Shown here: piece after piece, positions 8,067-16,865 of the stretch | Layout of the letters: each line of letters opens with the position of its first letter | Numbering within the stretch: position 1 is the first letter of the stretch | Source: a virus | Taxonomy: Duplodnaviria > Caudoviricetes | IMG/VR virus record: IMGVR_UViG_3300025635_000140 | Location: 1 to 25,661 of that record | Length of the DNA stretch: 25,661 nt | Strand: one strand, 5' to 3' | The notes under the pieces: model-generated | Database searches by the model: none | Told to the model about the DNA's origin: nothing | What the model saw: only the letters and a program-made list of their open reading frames with translations | Translations under genes and position numbers: made by a program

Positions 8067-9487
8067 TGCGCGGCCCGCTCGCCCTAGGCTTTGCCCAACA
8101 GCGGTCCCGGCCGGTCAACGCCGCGCGCGTGGTGAACCTGTATGCGGCCTCTACTGCCGAGGGCTCGCGCACAAAGGTTGTGCTGTACGGCACGCCCGGC
8201 CAGAAGGAATGGCACACGATCGGCGGCGACACGATCCGCGCCGGCCTGGAGTCGCAGGAATACGCCTACATCCTGTCCGGCTCAATTCTCTGGCGCGTCG
8301 AATCGGACGGAACCGCCACGGCCTGCAGCGGCGACCTGATCCCGCCCACGGGTGAGGCAACGCTTATCAGTCATGGATCGCAGATTGGTCTGCTCGTCGT
8401 CCCGTGGATGTTCGTAATCACCGGAACCTCTGTCGTCCGCGTTTCGTCGGCAGGCTACCCCTCTGAGGGCCTGTCCAGCATTGCCTACATTGACGGCTAC
8501 GCGGTCGGCACACGGAACAACAACAGCGGAGAGTTTTACGTCTCCGGGCTATTGGACTTCGCAGCGTGGGATGCCCTCGATGTAGCCAGCGCGGAATCGA
8601 GCCCGGACGGACTGTTGCGCGTGCTGGTCGACCACCGTGAGGTATGGCTGTTCGGCACCGATACGGTCGAAGTGTGGGCCAATACCGGAGCCTCGCCGTT
8701 CCCCTTCGAGCGCGTGCCGGGGGCTTTGCTAGAGCGCGGGTGCGCGGCGCGTCGCAGTCCGGCGAAGATGGATAACTCCGTCTTCTGGTTGGGCGATGAC
8801 CGCATCATCTACCGCGCCGAAGGCTACCAGCCTGCGCGCATCTCCACCCACGCGATCGAGGAAGTGCTTCGCGTCGGGACCGTGAGCGACGCCTACGGCA
8901 TGACCTATTATCAGGCCGGGCATCACTTCTACGTCCTGACCCTGCCGAGCCTTGGGCGGACCTTCGTTTTCGACCCTGCTGCGTCGGCGGCTGCGGGCGC
9001 TCCCATCTGGCACGAGAGGCAATCGGGAACGTCCATCGAGCCTGCCGCCTGGAACGTGCAGTGCATATTCCACGCCTTCGGTAAAACCCTTGTGGGCCTG
9101 CAGAGCGGCAAGGTTGCAGAGCTGGACCTCGACACCTTCACGGATCTTGGTGAGCCCATCCGCTCCGTGATCGTTGGCCTGCCGTTCTACGCCGACACCT
9201 TGCGCGCGATGATGGTCGACTTCGAGCTTGAGTGCGAAATCGGCGTCGGCACGCCGACCGGGCAGGGCACCGACCCGCAGGTCATGATGCGGTACAGCGA
9301 CGACGGCGGGTACACCTGGAGCCACGAGCGCCGGGCGAGCCTCGGGCGGCAGGGCATCCGCATCATCCGCGCCATGTGGGACCGGCTGGGCGTGTTCCGC
9401 CAGCGCACGGTCGAGATTTCCATAAGCGACCCCGTGAAAAGAAGTTTTTACGGGATGCGGACCAACATCAAGGCGCTCTCGCGATGA
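8066..9487 (+). CDS. Packaged-DNA stabilization/tail hub protein, P22 gp10-like
   Basis: VNLY, TPG, YIDGY, SAESSPDG, WLFGTDTVEVW, YSDDGGYTWS, WDRLG motifs; 473 aa. Confidence 0.9.
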   Translation: MRGPLALGFAQQRSRPVNAARVVNLYAASTAEGSRTKVVLYGTPGQKEWHTIGGDTIRAGLESQEYAYILSGSILWRVESDGTATACSGDLIPPTGEATLISHGSQIGLLVVPWMFVITGTSVVRVSSAGYPSEGLSSIAYIDGYAVGTRNNNSGEFYVSGLLDFAAWDALDVASAESSPDGLLRVLVDHREVWLFGTDTVEVWANTGASPFPFERVPGALLERGCAARRSPAKMDNSVFWLGDDRIIYRAEGYQPARISTHAIEEVLRVGTVSDAYGMTYYQAGHHFYVLTLPSLGRTFVFDPAASAAAGAPIWHERQSGTSIEPAAWNVQCIFHAFGKTLVGLQSGKVAELDLDTFTDLGEPIRSVIVGLPFYADTLRAMMVDFELECEIGVGTPTGQGTDPQVMMRYSDDGGYTWSHERRASLGRQGIRIIRAMWDRLGVFRQRTVEISISDPVKRSFYGMRTNIKALSR

Positions 9488-9753
9488 CCGCGCCGCTCAA
9501 CTCCACCGCGCGCATCGTCAACCAGAACGGCACCGCAAGCCCGTGGCTGATCGCGTACCTGCAGGCGCTCGGAACGGGCGTCGTGAAGCGCACGACGTAC
9601 ACGTTCGCGGTTCTCGACACGATGACGCCGACGCTGGGCGACACGGTCATTTGCACGGACTCAAGCGTCACGACCATCGGCACCACGCTTGCCGGCGGGG
9701 GAACCAACATCGTGCAGGCCATTGGCGATGGCTCAGATTGGAAGGTTTTTTAA
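9484..9753 (+). CDS. Small tail protein at the tail-needle (gp26) position
   Basis: Start ATG 9484 (ATGA overlap); IVNQNGTASPW N-terminus, C-terminal GDGSDWKV; function assigned by synteny only. Confidence 0.6.
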   Translation: MTAPLNSTARIVNQNGTASPWLIAYLQALGTGVVKRTTYTFAVLDTMTPTLGDTVICTDSSVTTIGTTLAGGGTNIVQAIGDGSDWKVF

Positions 9754-10196
9754 TGATCCGAGACGCCGTGCCAGACGACGCGCCCGCCCTGATCGACATG
9801 GGCCGCGCCTTCTTTGCCGAGGCCGGATGGGCGGACAAGGCAGAGTTCTGCCCTCAAAGCTTCGCCCAAACGCTGGGCCAATTGGCGGACCGGGGAATCC
9901 TGCTCGTGTTCGAGAAAGACAGGAAGCCGGTCGGCATGGCCGGGGCGCTCTACTCTCCCGCGTACTGGAACGAGAAAGTATTGATAGGACAAGAGCTTTT
10001 CTGGTATTGTGAGCCACTTCACCGCAAAGGTGCAGGCACCGAGCTTCTCAGGCAGCTCGAATCCGCCGCTAAGGCGCGCAACGTAAAATTCTTCGGCATG
10101 GTGGCGGAGCATGGGCTTCGTCATGAGGCGCTTGCTCAGGTCTACAAACGAGCGGGCTACTCAGTTGCCGAGCATACGTTCTGCAAGGCGCTCTGA
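9753..10196 (+). CDS. GNAT-family acetyltransferase-fold protein (P22 gp14 position)
   Basis: Start ATG 9753 (TAATG). MIRDAVPDD start, WYCEPLHRKGAGTELL acetyl-CoA motif, VYKRAGY. Confidence 0.85.
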   Translation: MIRDAVPDDAPALIDMGRAFFAEAGWADKAEFCPQSFAQTLGQLADRGILLVFEKDRKPVGMAGALYSPAYWNEKVLIGQELFWYCEPLHRKGAGTELLRQLESAAKARNVKFFGMVAEHGLRHEALAQVYKRAGYSVAEHTFCKAL

Positions 10197-10882
10197 TGGC
10201 GATTTTCTCTGCTCTCTCCGGCATGATTGCCCAGCAAGGCGCGCAGGCTGGCGGCAACATGGCCGCCAACGCCGCGAACCGTGCCGCGCAGATGCAGCAG
10301 GAGGAGGCGACCCGCGCCCGTGCGGCGGCCTCTCCCTGGACGGCTTCGGGCACCGCCGCAGTCGCCAAGATCACGAACCTGTTGGGCCTCGGCAGCATCG
10401 AGACCAACGGCGGCAACTATAACACCTATGGGTGGAATCCGAACGGCGCGAAGGAAAAGCAGGACGCGGCCTTTGCCGACTTCCAAACGACGCCCGGCTA
10501 TCAGTTCCGCATGGATGAGGGCTCAAAGGCCCTGGACCGCTCGGCGGCCTCGCGGGGAATGCTTCGCTCCGGCGCGCAGCAGAAGGCCATCACGGCCTTT
10601 GGGCAGGGCATCGCCAGCGAAGAGTACGGCAACTATATGGGCAACCTGCTGAGCCTGTCCGGCTTGGGCAATCAGGCTGTCTCATCCGTCAACAGCACAT
10701 CAGGTCAGCTTACGTCCGGCGCGGCCGACAACATTTACCGGGGAGGCGCGGCGCGCGGATCTGGTTACGCCGCTGGTGCCAACGCGCTGGCAAGCGGCAT
10801 TAGCTCGGGCGTCAACAATATCGTTAGTGGGCTGTCCTACGGCGGGCAGGGCGGGAAGCTTGGGCTTCCCAAGTGGTCCTGA
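10196..10882 (+). CDS. DNA transfer/ejection protein (gp7-like)
   Basis: Ala/Gly/Gln-rich; PGYQFRMDEG..RSAASRGMLRSG motif; synteny. Confidence 0.8.
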   Translation: MAIFSALSGMIAQQGAQAGGNMAANAANRAAQMQQEEATRARAAASPWTASGTAAVAKITNLLGLGSIETNGGNYNTYGWNPNGAKEKQDAAFADFQTTPGYQFRMDEGSKALDRSAASRGMLRSGAQQKAITAFGQGIASEEYGNYMGNLLSLSGLGNQAVSSVNSTSGQLTSGAADNIYRGGAARGSGYAAGANALASGISSGVNNIVSGLSYGGQGGKLGLPKWS

Positions 10883-11127
10883 TGGCAGATCTAGTAACAG
10901 GAAACACTGTCCCAGCTTACACGCTGGCACAACACCGCCCGTCTTTGGGGCAATTCAGTGCCGAAAGTAGGAGCGGTGAATGTCGGAGTGCTCCACACCA
11001 GCGGAACCGGGGCGCCGTACTGGCGCGGCTCATCAGAGCAGCCAGCCAAGACCAAAGCAATAAGCGCAAGGTATTTCATAACCCGGCAGCATCCTCCGGG
11101 TTTCTGCCGTTGGCAAGGGGCTTCTGA
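10882..11127 (+). CDS. 81-aa 'bridge' ORF of unknown function
   Basis: ATG 10882 overlaps the upstream TGA, and its own TGA (11125-11127) overlaps the downstream ATG; no recognisable motif. Confidence 0.4.
   Translation: MADLVTGNTVPAYTLAQHRPSLGQFSAESRSGECRSAPHQRNRGAVLARLIRAASQDQSNKRKVFHNPAASSGFLPLARGF
10891..11079 (-). CDS. Small antisense lipoprotein (62 aa), moron-like
   Basis: MKYLALIALVLAGC signal peptide II with a canonical LAGC lipobox; C-terminal Cys pair (CQRVSWDSVSCY). Confidence 0.75.
   Translation of the reverse strand: MKYLALIALVLAGCSDEPRQYGAPVPLVWSTPTFTAPTFGTELPQRRAVLCQRVSWDSVSCY
11088..11116 (-). promoter_or_regulatory. Putative sigma70 promoter for the lipoprotein gene
   Basis: Minus strand reads TTGCCA-N17-GATGCT, then 8 nt, then ATG. 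Confidence 0.45.
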
Positions 11128-13199
11128 TGGCGGGCATGCTGTTCCCCGACATCGGCGGGGCTTTGTCGGCGGGCTCGCAGGCGGGAGCCGCCAGCGCACA
11201 GAACCAATACCTGATGAAGGATCGCGCGGCGCGGGATGAGATCGCTCCGCTGATCCCCAGGGCACTGCAGGGCGACAAGGAAGCGCTCGGCCAGATCGGC
11301 GCGCGCCATCCTGACACGGCCATGAAGTTGGCTCCACTTCTGGAGCGCCTCGACGCCAGCCAGCGCGCCAAGGCCAAGGAAACAGCCGACTACATCACCA
11401 GCAACGGCATGGCCATTCTCAGCGCGCCCGCAGATCAACAGGCGGGGCTGTATGCCCGAGTTCGTGCCGAGGCCGCCGCCCAAGGGCGCAACGTCTCGAC
11501 GTGGCCCACGCAGTACGATCCCGGCTGGGTCAAGTTCAACGTAGACAAAGCAATGACCGTTGCTGAGTTCGGCAAGCGCAACGCGGAGCAACCTGTTCCC
11601 ATGCCCCCGCTTGATGGTGGCGGCGTGGCTCCGCCTTCGGCTGGTCCAGATGGCAGCGTCATCGACAGGGCAAGCGCCGCGTCCAAGAAACTTGAATCCG
11701 GTGGCCGGTATGACGCCGTCGGTCCTGTGGTCAACGACAAGGGAAATCGCGCGTACGGCGCGCATCAGGTGATGGACTTCAACATCGGCCCGTGGACGCA
11801 GGAAGTGCTTGGGCAGGCGATGACGCCGCAGCAGTTCCTTGCAAGCCCGCAGGCACAAGACGCCGTCTATAAAGCCAAGATGGGCCAGTACATTCAGAAG
11901 TACGGCAGCCCGGAAGCTGGCGCTCGCGCGTGGTTTGCGGGCGAAGGCGGCATGAACAATCCCGGCGCAAAAGATGTGCTGGGAACAACCGTCCAAGCCT
12001 ACGGTGACAGGTTTGCACAAGCCTATGGACCCGGAGCCACGGGAGGCGCGCAGCCTCCGGGCATTGCCCAAGGCTCCGACATGCCGGCCGGCGACGGCTC
12101 AGGCAATGCCCTCCCGCCGGCACAGCAGAATGCTCGCGAAATTCTTACTATCCGGCAGTTTGTCCATTCGCGGATTCCGGGCGCGTCCCCGCTTACCGTC
12201 AACGGATTTCCAGCCTACGACAAGAATGGTCGGCTCGGCATTCAGCTTCCTAACGGCCAGCGCGACTTTATCGACGTGCCCAAGCCCAAGGAGCCGGGAG
12301 CCGACAAGGGCTTGTATGGCGACTCCTTGACGGGGCGCGCATTGCAGGTTTTGCGTACAGCCGACCCTGGAAGTCAGGACTACGCGGCGGCCCGCGCCAT
12401 CCTGTCCAAGCCGCAGATGGTTCCGGACGGCAGGGGTGGCTTTGACGTTATTCAGCCGATGGATTTGTCCATGTATCCGCCTGCCACTTATGGCGGCGGT
12501 GGTGGGCAACCTGCTCCAAGCGGTCCCGCGCCCGGCGGCACGCCGCAAGTTCCTGGCGGCCCCACGATCACGAAAATCCCCGGCGCGGGCAAGCCGCTCG
12601 ACAACTCGGCGCGCGACGAACTCACCAAGGCCAGCGGCGGCGTGTTGGAACTGACGGAACTCGTCAAATCGTTTGACCCGTCGTTTGGCGGCTTCATTCT
12701 TGAAGGCAAAGGCGACGCCGATAATTGGATGAAGCGCAACCTCCCCGATGGGTTGGGCGGTGCCGATCCCAAGGGGCAGGCGCAGTGGTGGCAGCGTTAT
12801 AAGCAGTTCGCCAACCTTGAGCGCAACAAGCTGTTTGGCGCGGCGCTGACGCCGGGCGAGGCGGCAGCCTTCAACGAGGCCATGATTAACCCCGGCATGA
12901 AGCCGGACGAGATCAACAAAAACCTTACCCGCCAGCGGGACGTTGCCACCAAGGCGCTTTCCCGCATCGTCAACTCCATGGTCGCCGGGGGATACAACCC
13001 GCAGGCTATCGAGGCTGCGACGGGAATCCCCGTTGCCGACCTGCCGAGCGCCATGGGTGGCGTGCCGCAGGGCGCTCCGCCGGCCACCACGCCCGCGCCC
13101 GCACCAGTTCCGCAACAGCAGCCCGCGCCACAGACGCCGAGCCCTGCCGAACGGGGCCGCTCTCAGTTTGATCTCAAAAAGAAATACGGGCTTGAGTGA
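11127..13199 (+). CDS. Ejection protein with a lytic transglycosylase/lysozyme-like domain
   Basis: LESGGRYDA..AYGAHQVM..FLASPQAQD..YG..ARAWFAG at about 11660-12030; Pro/Gly linkers; synteny. Confidence 0.8.
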   Translation: MAGMLFPDIGGALSAGSQAGAASAQNQYLMKDRAARDEIAPLIPRALQGDKEALGQIGARHPDTAMKLAPLLERLDASQRAKAKETADYITSNGMAILSAPADQQAGLYARVRAEAAAQGRNVSTWPTQYDPGWVKFNVDKAMTVAEFGKRNAEQPVPMPPLDGGGVAPPSAGPDGSVIDRASAASKKLESGGRYDAVGPVVNDKGNRAYGAHQVMDFNIGPWTQEVLGQAMTPQQFLASPQAQDAVYKAKMGQYIQKYGSPEAGARAWFAGEGGMNNPGAKDVLGTTVQAYGDRFAQAYGPGATGGAQPPGIAQGSDMPAGDGSGNALPPAQQNAREILTIRQFVHSRIPGASPLTVNGFPAYDKNGRLGIQLPNGQRDFIDVPKPKEPGADKGLYGDSLTGRALQVLRTADPGSQDYAAARAILSKPQMVPDGRGGFDVIQPMDLSMYPPATYGGGGGQPAPSGPAPGGTPQVPGGPTITKIPGAGKPLDNSARDELTKASGGVLELTELVKSFDPSFGGFILEGKGDADNWMKRNLPDGLGGADPKGQAQWWQRYKQFANLERNKLFGAALTPGEAAAFNEAMINPGMKPDEINKNLTRQRDVATKALSRIVNSMVAGGYNPQAIEAATGIPVADLPSAMGGVPQGAPPATTPAPAPVPQQQPAPQTPSPAERGRSQFDLKKKYGLE

Positions 13200-15043
13200 T
13201 GGCCGACACGGACCGCATCAAGCGCAACCTTACCAAGATGATCGACGCGGGGGCGCCAGAAACAGACCTTGACGCGTATCTGCAGACGGAGGGATTTGCG
13301 TCGCCCGACGTGTGGCGTTCTGCCATTGCGTCACCGGCTGCAGCCGCACCGGAGGCAAAAGCTCCTGTAAAGCCCGTAGGGGCGGCTATGGCCGTCTCCC
13401 AGCGCCCTCCGGTCATGCCGCCGCAGGTATCGACCGACGACGCCGAGCGGATTGCCATGGAGGCGCCCGGCGCAGTCCTGCCGAACGCGCGCGCCACCAC
13501 AGACAGTCGCCTCATTGCCCCGCCACCGGCTCCGGTTCCGACCGAGGGCCGCACTTGGGCGCAAGTCCCGGTTGAGGCCATCCGCAACCTCCCGGCCAGC
13601 GCAGGCAACTTCGCCAGCGCGCTCGTGCAGCCGATCCTTCATCCGATCGACACCGGCAAGGCGTTGATTGCCCTGGGCGACGCCGTGGGCTCCAAGATCA
13701 GCCGCCCCGGCAACCTTCTCCGCGCGGGCGATCCCGAACCGACGCCAGAGCAGTTGCAGGCCCGTGCCCAGCGCGAGGCCCCAGCCGACGCCGTAGGGCA
13801 GTTCTTCTCCGACCGCTACGGCTCGATTGAGGGCCTGAAGAACACGCTGGCAACCGATCCTGTGGGCGCGGCGGCCGATGCGGCTACGGTCCTGACCGGT
13901 GGCAGCATGCTCCCCGTGCGCGGCGCGCAGACGCTCGGCAGGGTAGGGGCGGCCATTGATCCGATCACCCAGACCGGAAACGCCCTGAAGCTCACGGGCA
14001 AGGGCGTCGAGACGGCGGCCTCCAATGCGCTCGGCGTCACCACGGGCGCGGGGACCGAGTCGATCCGCGCTGCTGGCAGGGCGGGCAAGGAAGGCGGCAA
14101 GGCGGCCGACACCTTCACCGCCAACATGCGCGGCGACGTGCCAGTAGACCAGATTGTCGACATGGCCAAATCCGGCTTAGAGAAGATCCGACAGGAACGC
14201 TCGGCGGCCTACAAGGCGGGCAAGGCCGACCTGTCCAAGGACAAAACGGTTATTCCCTTTGACGACATTGACGCGGCGATCGGCAAGGCGTCGGAGGTGG
14301 GTTCGTTTGAGGGTGTGAACATCAACCGTCCGGCGGGCAAGACGATGGACGAGATTTCGTCTATTGTGGGCGAATGGAAGGCGCTGGACCCCGCAGTCTA
14401 TCACACCCCCGAGGGCCTGGATGCTCTTAAGCGCAGTATTGGTTCTGTTCGCGATTCGGCCGAGTACGGGACACCCGCTCGGGTGGCGGCTGACCGTGTT
14501 TACAATGCGGTAAAGGCCGAGATCGAGGCGCAGGCTCCGGCCTACGCCAAGATGATGGAGGACTATTCCCGGTCCTCCGAAAAGATCAAGGAAGTCACCA
14601 AGACCTTTTCCCTCGGGGAGAAGGCAACCGGCGAAACAGCGGCGCGCAAACTCCAGGCCGCGACGCGCGACAACGCCAATACAAGCTGGCGGAACCGCGG
14701 CGAACTGCTCAACGAGCTTTCCGTCTATGAGCCGGGGCTTCCCTACGCCATTTCCGGGCAGTCGCTAAACGCCCTGCCGCCGCGCGGCCTCGTCGGGCGG
14801 GGCGGAGCCATGGCCGTGGCCTCTGGCGCACTTACCAATCCTCTTGGCACGGCGGCGAGCCTGCTTGCCTTCTCGCCCCGCATCGTCGGCGAGACGGTCT
14901 ATTTCGGCGGCAAAGCGGCAGGGAAGATCGACGACGTTGCCGATGCGCTCGGGATTGACGCCGCCGCCATCCGTGCCGCCGCGCAGGCGTCTTTCCAGAC
15001 AGGCCGCGCCACCACCCAACCCAACATGCTGAGGGTCCAATGA
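13199..15043 (+). CDS. Large ejection/DNA transfer protein
   Basis: Ala-rich helical protein with C-terminal SPRIVGE motif and hydrophobic stretch; third gene in the ejection block. Start ATG 13199 or GTG 13196. Confidence 0.7.
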   Translation: MADTDRIKRNLTKMIDAGAPETDLDAYLQTEGFASPDVWRSAIASPAAAAPEAKAPVKPVGAAMAVSQRPPVMPPQVSTDDAERIAMEAPGAVLPNARATTDSRLIAPPPAPVPTEGRTWAQVPVEAIRNLPASAGNFASALVQPILHPIDTGKALIALGDAVGSKISRPGNLLRAGDPEPTPEQLQARAQREAPADAVGQFFSDRYGSIEGLKNTLATDPVGAAADAATVLTGGSMLPVRGAQTLGRVGAAIDPITQTGNALKLTGKGVETAASNALGVTTGAGTESIRAAGRAGKEGGKAADTFTANMRGDVPVDQIVDMAKSGLEKIRQERSAAYKAGKADLSKDKTVIPFDDIDAAIGKASEVGSFEGVNINRPAGKTMDEISSIVGEWKALDPAVYHTPEGLDALKRSIGSVRDSAEYGTPARVAADRVYNAVKAEIEAQAPAYAKMMEDYSRSSEKIKEVTKTFSLGEKATGETAARKLQAATRDNANTSWRNRGELLNELSVYEPGLPYAISGQSLNALPPRGLVGRGGAMAVASGALTNPLGTAASLLAFSPRIVGETVYFGGKAAGKIDDVADALGIDAAAIRAAAQASFQTGRATTQPNMLRVQ

Positions 15044-16206
15044 GCGCGATATTCGCACCCCCGCGCTATAGCCCCATGTCGGGCAACGGCACGTCGTATC
15101 CCGGCGCAAAGCTGTACTTCTTTGAGACGGGCACCACGACGCCCAAGGATACCTTTTCCAACCCGGATCTGGACCCGTCCCACGTGCAGTCGCATCCGGT
15201 CGTAGCCGACGCCAATGGCCTGTTCGCTGCCATCTACTTGGAGACGGGCGACTATTCGATCATTCTGAAGGACGCCAGCGACAACGTTTTGTGGACGGTG
15301 GACCCGTATAGCGGACTGGGCGCAGCCGACACGCTCACCACGCGCGGCGACCTGCTGACTCGGGATGCCTCGGGCTACAAGCGCCTTGGAATCGGCGCCA
15401 GTGGAACGGTGTTGACCAGCAATGGCACGGACCCCCTGTGGTCCGCGCCGCCGATCCCGCGCGGGTCAATCCAGGGCCTGACCTACGCCAACAACGCCAC
15501 CGACGCGACGAACGATCTGGACATTGCAGTCGGCGCGGCGATGGACAGCACGAACGCGCGCATGATGGTTCTGGAATCGGCGCTGACCAAGAAGTCGGAT
15601 GCCGCATGGGCGGTGGGCTCCAATCAGGGCGCGCTTGATACCGGCGCAGCGGGCGATGCCGATTACTACATCTGGCTCATCAACCGGTCCGACACGAACG
15701 TCACGGACATTCTGTTTTCGCTGTCTCCCACGTCGCCGACGATGCCGACCGACTACAACTATCGGCGTCTCATTGGCTGGTTCAAGCGGGCCAGTTCGGC
15801 AATTGTTGCCTTCAAGACCTACGAACTCGAGGGCGGCGGGCTGGACTTCCGGTGGAACGTTCCTGGGCTCGACGTGGATTTGACCAGCACGCTCACCACC
15901 ACGCGCCGCACCGATGCGATCAAGGTGCCATTGGACTTCTCGGTTATCGCCTTGCTGAACGTGGTTGTTTACGACGCGACCTCGAATTTCGTCGCGCATG
16001 TCTATTGCCCGGACCAGACGGATGCCGCGGTGGCCAACTTCGATGCGCCGCTCGGCAACCTGAACCAGCAAGCCGGCACAGCCGCCTCCGCGACCCAACT
16101 GCATATCCGCACCAGCGCCGCCGGCCTCATTGCCGCTCGTGCATCCCTCGCCACGGTCGACCGCTATCAGGTTTCAACCCAAGGGTTCACCTGGGGCCGT
16201 CGATGA
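15040..16206 (+). CDS. Tail fibre / particle-anchoring protein
   Basis: N-terminal anchor pattern GAKLYFFETGTTTPK..PVVADANG; TRGDLL..RLGIGASGTVLTSNG fibre motif; beta-rich C-terminus. Confidence 0.75.
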   Translation: MSAIFAPPRYSPMSGNGTSYPGAKLYFFETGTTTPKDTFSNPDLDPSHVQSHPVVADANGLFAAIYLETGDYSIILKDASDNVLWTVDPYSGLGAADTLTTRGDLLTRDASGYKRLGIGASGTVLTSNGTDPLWSAPPIPRGSIQGLTYANNATDATNDLDIAVGAAMDSTNARMMVLESALTKKSDAAWAVGSNQGALDTGAAGDADYYIWLINRSDTNVTDILFSLSPTSPTMPTDYNYRRLIGWFKRASSAIVAFKTYELEGGGLDFRWNVPGLDVDLTSTLTTTRRTDAIKVPLDFSVIALLNVVVYDATSNFVAHVYCPDQTDAAVANFDAPLGNLNQQAGTAASATQLHIRTSAAGLIAARASLATVDRYQVSTQGFTWGRR

Positions 16207-16550
16207 GCGAAGCATCATTCATCAATGTAACGGCCTTTCAGCCTTTCGAAGGTGGCATTGGCAAGCGCCTGTCCGTGTCGACGACCAGCGCGCGTGTGCA
16301 GATCCCCGGCACGCAAGCGGTTTCCTCGCCCGATCGCCTGCGCATTCTCGTGACCAACAGCAACAGCTTTCCGGTGTCGATCCTGATGGGGCAGGACAGC
16401 GTGGAGGCGACGCTCGACTACCAAGAAATCATGCCGGGAACTCAGGTTCTTTTCACCCCGCCTGTCGTCGCTCCCGATGCCGTCTGGATCGCCGCGATTT
16501 CTGAAACCGCATCGGGCCACATCCAGGTCACGGCCGGATACGGAACATAG
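16203..16550 (+). CDS. Small beta-sandwich virion protein
   Basis: Start ATG 16203 (ATGA overlap); LSVSTTSARV..ITAGYG-type ending (QVTAGYGT); lies in the tail module. Confidence 0.65.
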   Translation: MSEASFINVTAFQPFEGGIGKRLSVSTTSARVQIPGTQAVSSPDRLRILVTNSNSFPVSILMGQDSVEATLDYQEIMPGTQVLFTPPVVAPDAVWIAAISETASGHIQVTAGYGT

Positions 16551-16559
16551 GAGAAAACA

Positions 16560-16865
16560 ATGGCCAATGAGTTCGATAGCGAGCGGCTGAGCTACACCGC
16601 GATTGCGGCCAGCCAGACGGGGGCACCGGCCTTTGCTGGCGTGGGCGCATACCTCTCGCATGTGGTGCTGCAGCCCGCAGCCGTAGGCGCTGGAACGACG
16701 ACCATCCTCGACGGAACGACGGTTATCTACACCTACACCGCCGGTACGCTGTCGGACCTTCGCCCCATCACCGTTCCGGTCGGCTCGCGAAGCCGCAATG
16801 GTTCGTGGAACATCACGACGGGCGCCAGCATGGCGGCTCTGGCGTTCGGCAAGGCCACCACCTGA
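16560..16865 (+). CDS. Small beta-rich virion protein
   Basis: AGGAG RBS; 101 aa rich in Thr/Ala/Gly; lies in the tail module. Confidence 0.65.
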   Translation: MANEFDSERLSYTAIAASQTGAPAFAGVGAYLSHVVLQPAAVGAGTTTILDGTTVIYTYTAGTLSDLRPITVPVGSRSRNGSWNITTGASMAALAFGKATT

